Positions 62,084 to 64,000 of a stretch of 64,000 bases of DNA are shown here, piece by piece; within the stretch, counting starts at the first letter, position 1; each line of letters opens with the position of its first letter. The notes under the pieces were generated by a model. That model was not told where the DNA came from and searched no databases. It saw nothing but the letters and a program-made list of their open reading frames with translations. A program made the translations under genes and the position numbers. The stretch is from a bacterium (lineage in GTDB: Bacteria > Patescibacteriota > Dojkabacteria > GCA-016699595 > JBAXKR01): NCBI GenBank assembly GCA_037131125.1, contig JBAXRR010000003.1, positions 3,682-67,681 of the forward strand, read 5' to 3'.

Positions 62084-62578
62084 ATGGACAAATTAAGAGA
62101 TGCAACCTTAATATTTCTTGTTAAAAAAACAGATGGAGTAATTTGTGAAGTCTGTTTAGCTATGAAAAAGAGAGGCTTTGGAAAAGGAAGATTTAATGGA
62201 GTTGGAGGTAAGGTTGAGGAAGGAAAAGAAACAATTGAGGAGTGTGCTATCCGAGAAACCAAAGAAGAGATCAATGTAACTGTAAGTAATCTTATTAAAG
62301 TTTCTGAACTTGAATTTAGATTTAAGAATAATCCTGCATGGGATCAGATGGTACATGTGTATCTAACTGAGAAATGGACTGGTGAACCAAAAGAAAGTGA
62401 AGAAGTAAGTCCTAAATGGTTTATGGTTAATGAAATTCCTTTTGAAACTAGTATGTGGCCAGATGACAAATTCTGGTTACCAGAAGTATTAAAAGGAAAC
62501 TTAATTAAAGCTTCTTTTGTGTTTGGAGATAATGATGTAATTTTATCTAAGGAAGTTAATAAGACAGATAATCTTTAA
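62084..62578 (+). CDS. NUDIX hydrolase (MutT-like)
   Basis: Nudix box GGKVEEGKETIEECAIRETKEEINV. Confidence 0.8.
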   Translation: MDKLRDATLIFLVKKTDGVICEVCLAMKKRGFGKGRFNGVGGKVEEGKETIEECAIRETKEEINVTVSNLIKVSELEFRFKNNPAWDQMVHVYLTEKWTGEPKESEEVSPKWFMVNEIPFETSMWPDDKFWLPEVLKGNLIKASFVFGDNDVILSKEVNKTDNL

Positions 62579-62589
62579 TTGAATATATC

Positions 62590-63072
62590 ATGATGTTAGT
62601 CCCCTTCTTAGAAAAACAAACTAAAGATAAAGGATTAGGAGTATTTGCTAAGTCATTTATTCCCAAAGGAACTGTTGTCTGGAGGCTTACAAATCCAGTT
62701 AGAGTAAGTAAGGATGAATATTCGAAATTACCTAAAAATATTAAAAATCAGGCGTATCCTGAAGGAGATCACTTTGTATATTCGCTTTGTAGTGGTGAGG
62801 CATGGAATCATAGCTGTGATGCGAATACTTGGTGGACAAAGGATAATGAATTATCTGCAAGAAGAGATATTAAAGAAGATGAAGAAATAACATATGACTA
62901 CGCAACTACAGATATTGATCCAGATGTAACAAGAACTTGGCAATGTAAGTGTGGATCTATAAAATGTAGACACAATATTAATTGGAATGACATTCTATTA
63001 CCTGAATTATATGAGGAATATAAAGGACATTTGCCAAGCTTTGTAGAAAAGATGGTGAGAAAATATAACTAA
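62590..63072 (+). CDS. SET-domain protein (putative protein-lysine methyltransferase) with a Cys-rich post-SET-like tail
   Basis: NHSCDANTWW (NHSC.PN-type) and ITYDY motifs, then CKCGSIKCRH. Confidence 0.65.
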   Translation: MMLVPFLEKQTKDKGLGVFAKSFIPKGTVVWRLTNPVRVSKDEYSKLPKNIKNQAYPEGDHFVYSLCSGEAWNHSCDANTWWTKDNELSARRDIKEDEEITYDYATTDIDPDVTRTWQCKCGSIKCRHNINWNDILLPELYEEYKGHLPSFVEKMVRKYN

Positions 63073-63166
63073 TCTCCATTTAATTTGTATTTAATATTCA
63101 TTCTGCTACAACCTTCCTGAAAGTGTTTCAGTATATATTCATAACTTATTTATTACCATCACTCAC

Positions 63167-64000
63167 ATGGATAAAGAAAACTCGGAAGTTCTATTTAATC
63201 AAAAGACCGTAAGAAAGTATTGGGATAAAGAGAATGAAAAGTGGTATTTCTCAGTGATTAATATAATTCAGGCTTTGACAGATCAATCTGATTATCAAGT
63301 AGCTAGAAACTACTGGAAGGTTTTGAAAAGCAATCTAGTTAAGGAAGGAAGTGAGGTGGTTACAAAACTTAACCAACTGAAAATGATAGCTTCTGATGGA
63401 AAGTCATATCTTACAGATTGTGGTGATGTAGAAACTATTTTACGGCTAATACAATCAGTTCCAAGTAGAAAAGCTGAACCAATTAAAGTATGGCTTGCCA
63501 AAGTTGGGTATGAAAGAATGCAAGAAATGAGAGATCCTGAGATTGCATTTAATAGAACGAGAGAATACTGGAAGAGAATGGGAAGAAGTGAAAAGTGGAT
63601 ACAACAAAGAATGTTTGGGCAGGAAGTTAGAAGCAATCTAACTGACTATTGGAGTAATCATGAAGTAAATGAAATAGATGAATTTGCATCTCTTACGAAT
63701 ATTATCCATAAAGAATGGACTGACTTAAGTATAAATGAACATAAAGATTTAAAAGGACTTAATAAAGAAAATTTAAGAGATCATATGAGCGATACAGAAT
63801 TAATATTTACATCTCTTGCTGAGTTATCAACAAAACAAATTGCAGAATCAAAGGGTGCAACTGGTTTTGAAGAAAATATAGATCCTGCAAAAAGTGGAGG
63901 TAAGATTGCTAGAAATGCAAGACTTGAGCTTGAATCTAAAACTGGTAAAAGTGTATTAACTAAATCTAATTTCTTACCAAAAGGTAAAACGGATAAGGAT
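63167..64000 (+). CDS. DinD/Bro-N (KilA-N-like) family DNA-damage-inducible-type protein; 3' end runs beyond the window
   Basis: Manual translation from ATG 63167, open to the window end. N-terminal Bro-N-like region (KWYFSVINIIQAL). The C-terminal half is collinear with DinD (KGLNKENLRDHMSDTELIFTSLAELST...). Confidence 0.6.
   Translation, partial: MDKENSEVLFNQKTVRKYWDKENEKWYFSVINIIQALTDQSDYQVARNYWKVLKSNLVKEGSEVVTKLNQLKMIASDGKSYLTDCGDVETILRLIQSVPSRKAEPIKVWLAKVGYERMQEMRDPEIAFNRTREYWKRMGRSEKWIQQRMFGQEVRSNLTDYWSNHEVNEIDEFASLTNIIHKEWTDLSINEHKDLKGLNKENLRDHMSDTELIFTSLAELSTKQIAESKGATGFEENIDPAKSGGKIARNARLELESKTGKSVLTKSNFLPKGKTDKD

Noticed and set aside
63310-63636. Minus-strand 108-aa ORF
   Set aside because: Antisense to the DinD/Bro-N-like gene, which has clear family similarity.

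Overview
This is a low-GC (~33%), standard-genetic-code bacterial chromosomal segment. The gene content (gyrB/gyrA, RuvB, RecG, RNase III, NusB, S16/L32, UppP, RsmD, Pol III delta-prime-like, many small hypothetical and membrane proteins) fits a small-genome Patescibacteria/CPR-like organism; that assignment is inference. The dominant system is a complete type IV pilus locus at about 13.7-32.6 kb. It holds PilB, PilT, PilC, seven tandem major-pilin paralogs, prepilin peptidase PilD, three minor pilins and PilM/N/O. Three further pilin paralogs lie inverted on the opposite strand, about 8 kb downstream. The most unusual signal is an archaeal/eukaryotic-type tyrosyl-tRNA synthetase next to a class-I-like tRNA-Tyr(GUA) that carries a C1:G72 pair and a 5-nt variable loop, which are archaeal identity features in a bacterial context. 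Other points of interest are a tyrosine recombinase flanked by ~580 bp non-coding AT-rich tracts, a frameshifted SF2 helicase, and two paralogous ~550-aa proteins of unknown function near an Mrr-like endonuclease and tRNA-Ser. The window also contains a bacterial SET-domain protein, a giant surface protein, an rpmF gene missed by the ORF track and several consensus promoters and intrinsic terminators. No rRNA or CRISPR array was seen.
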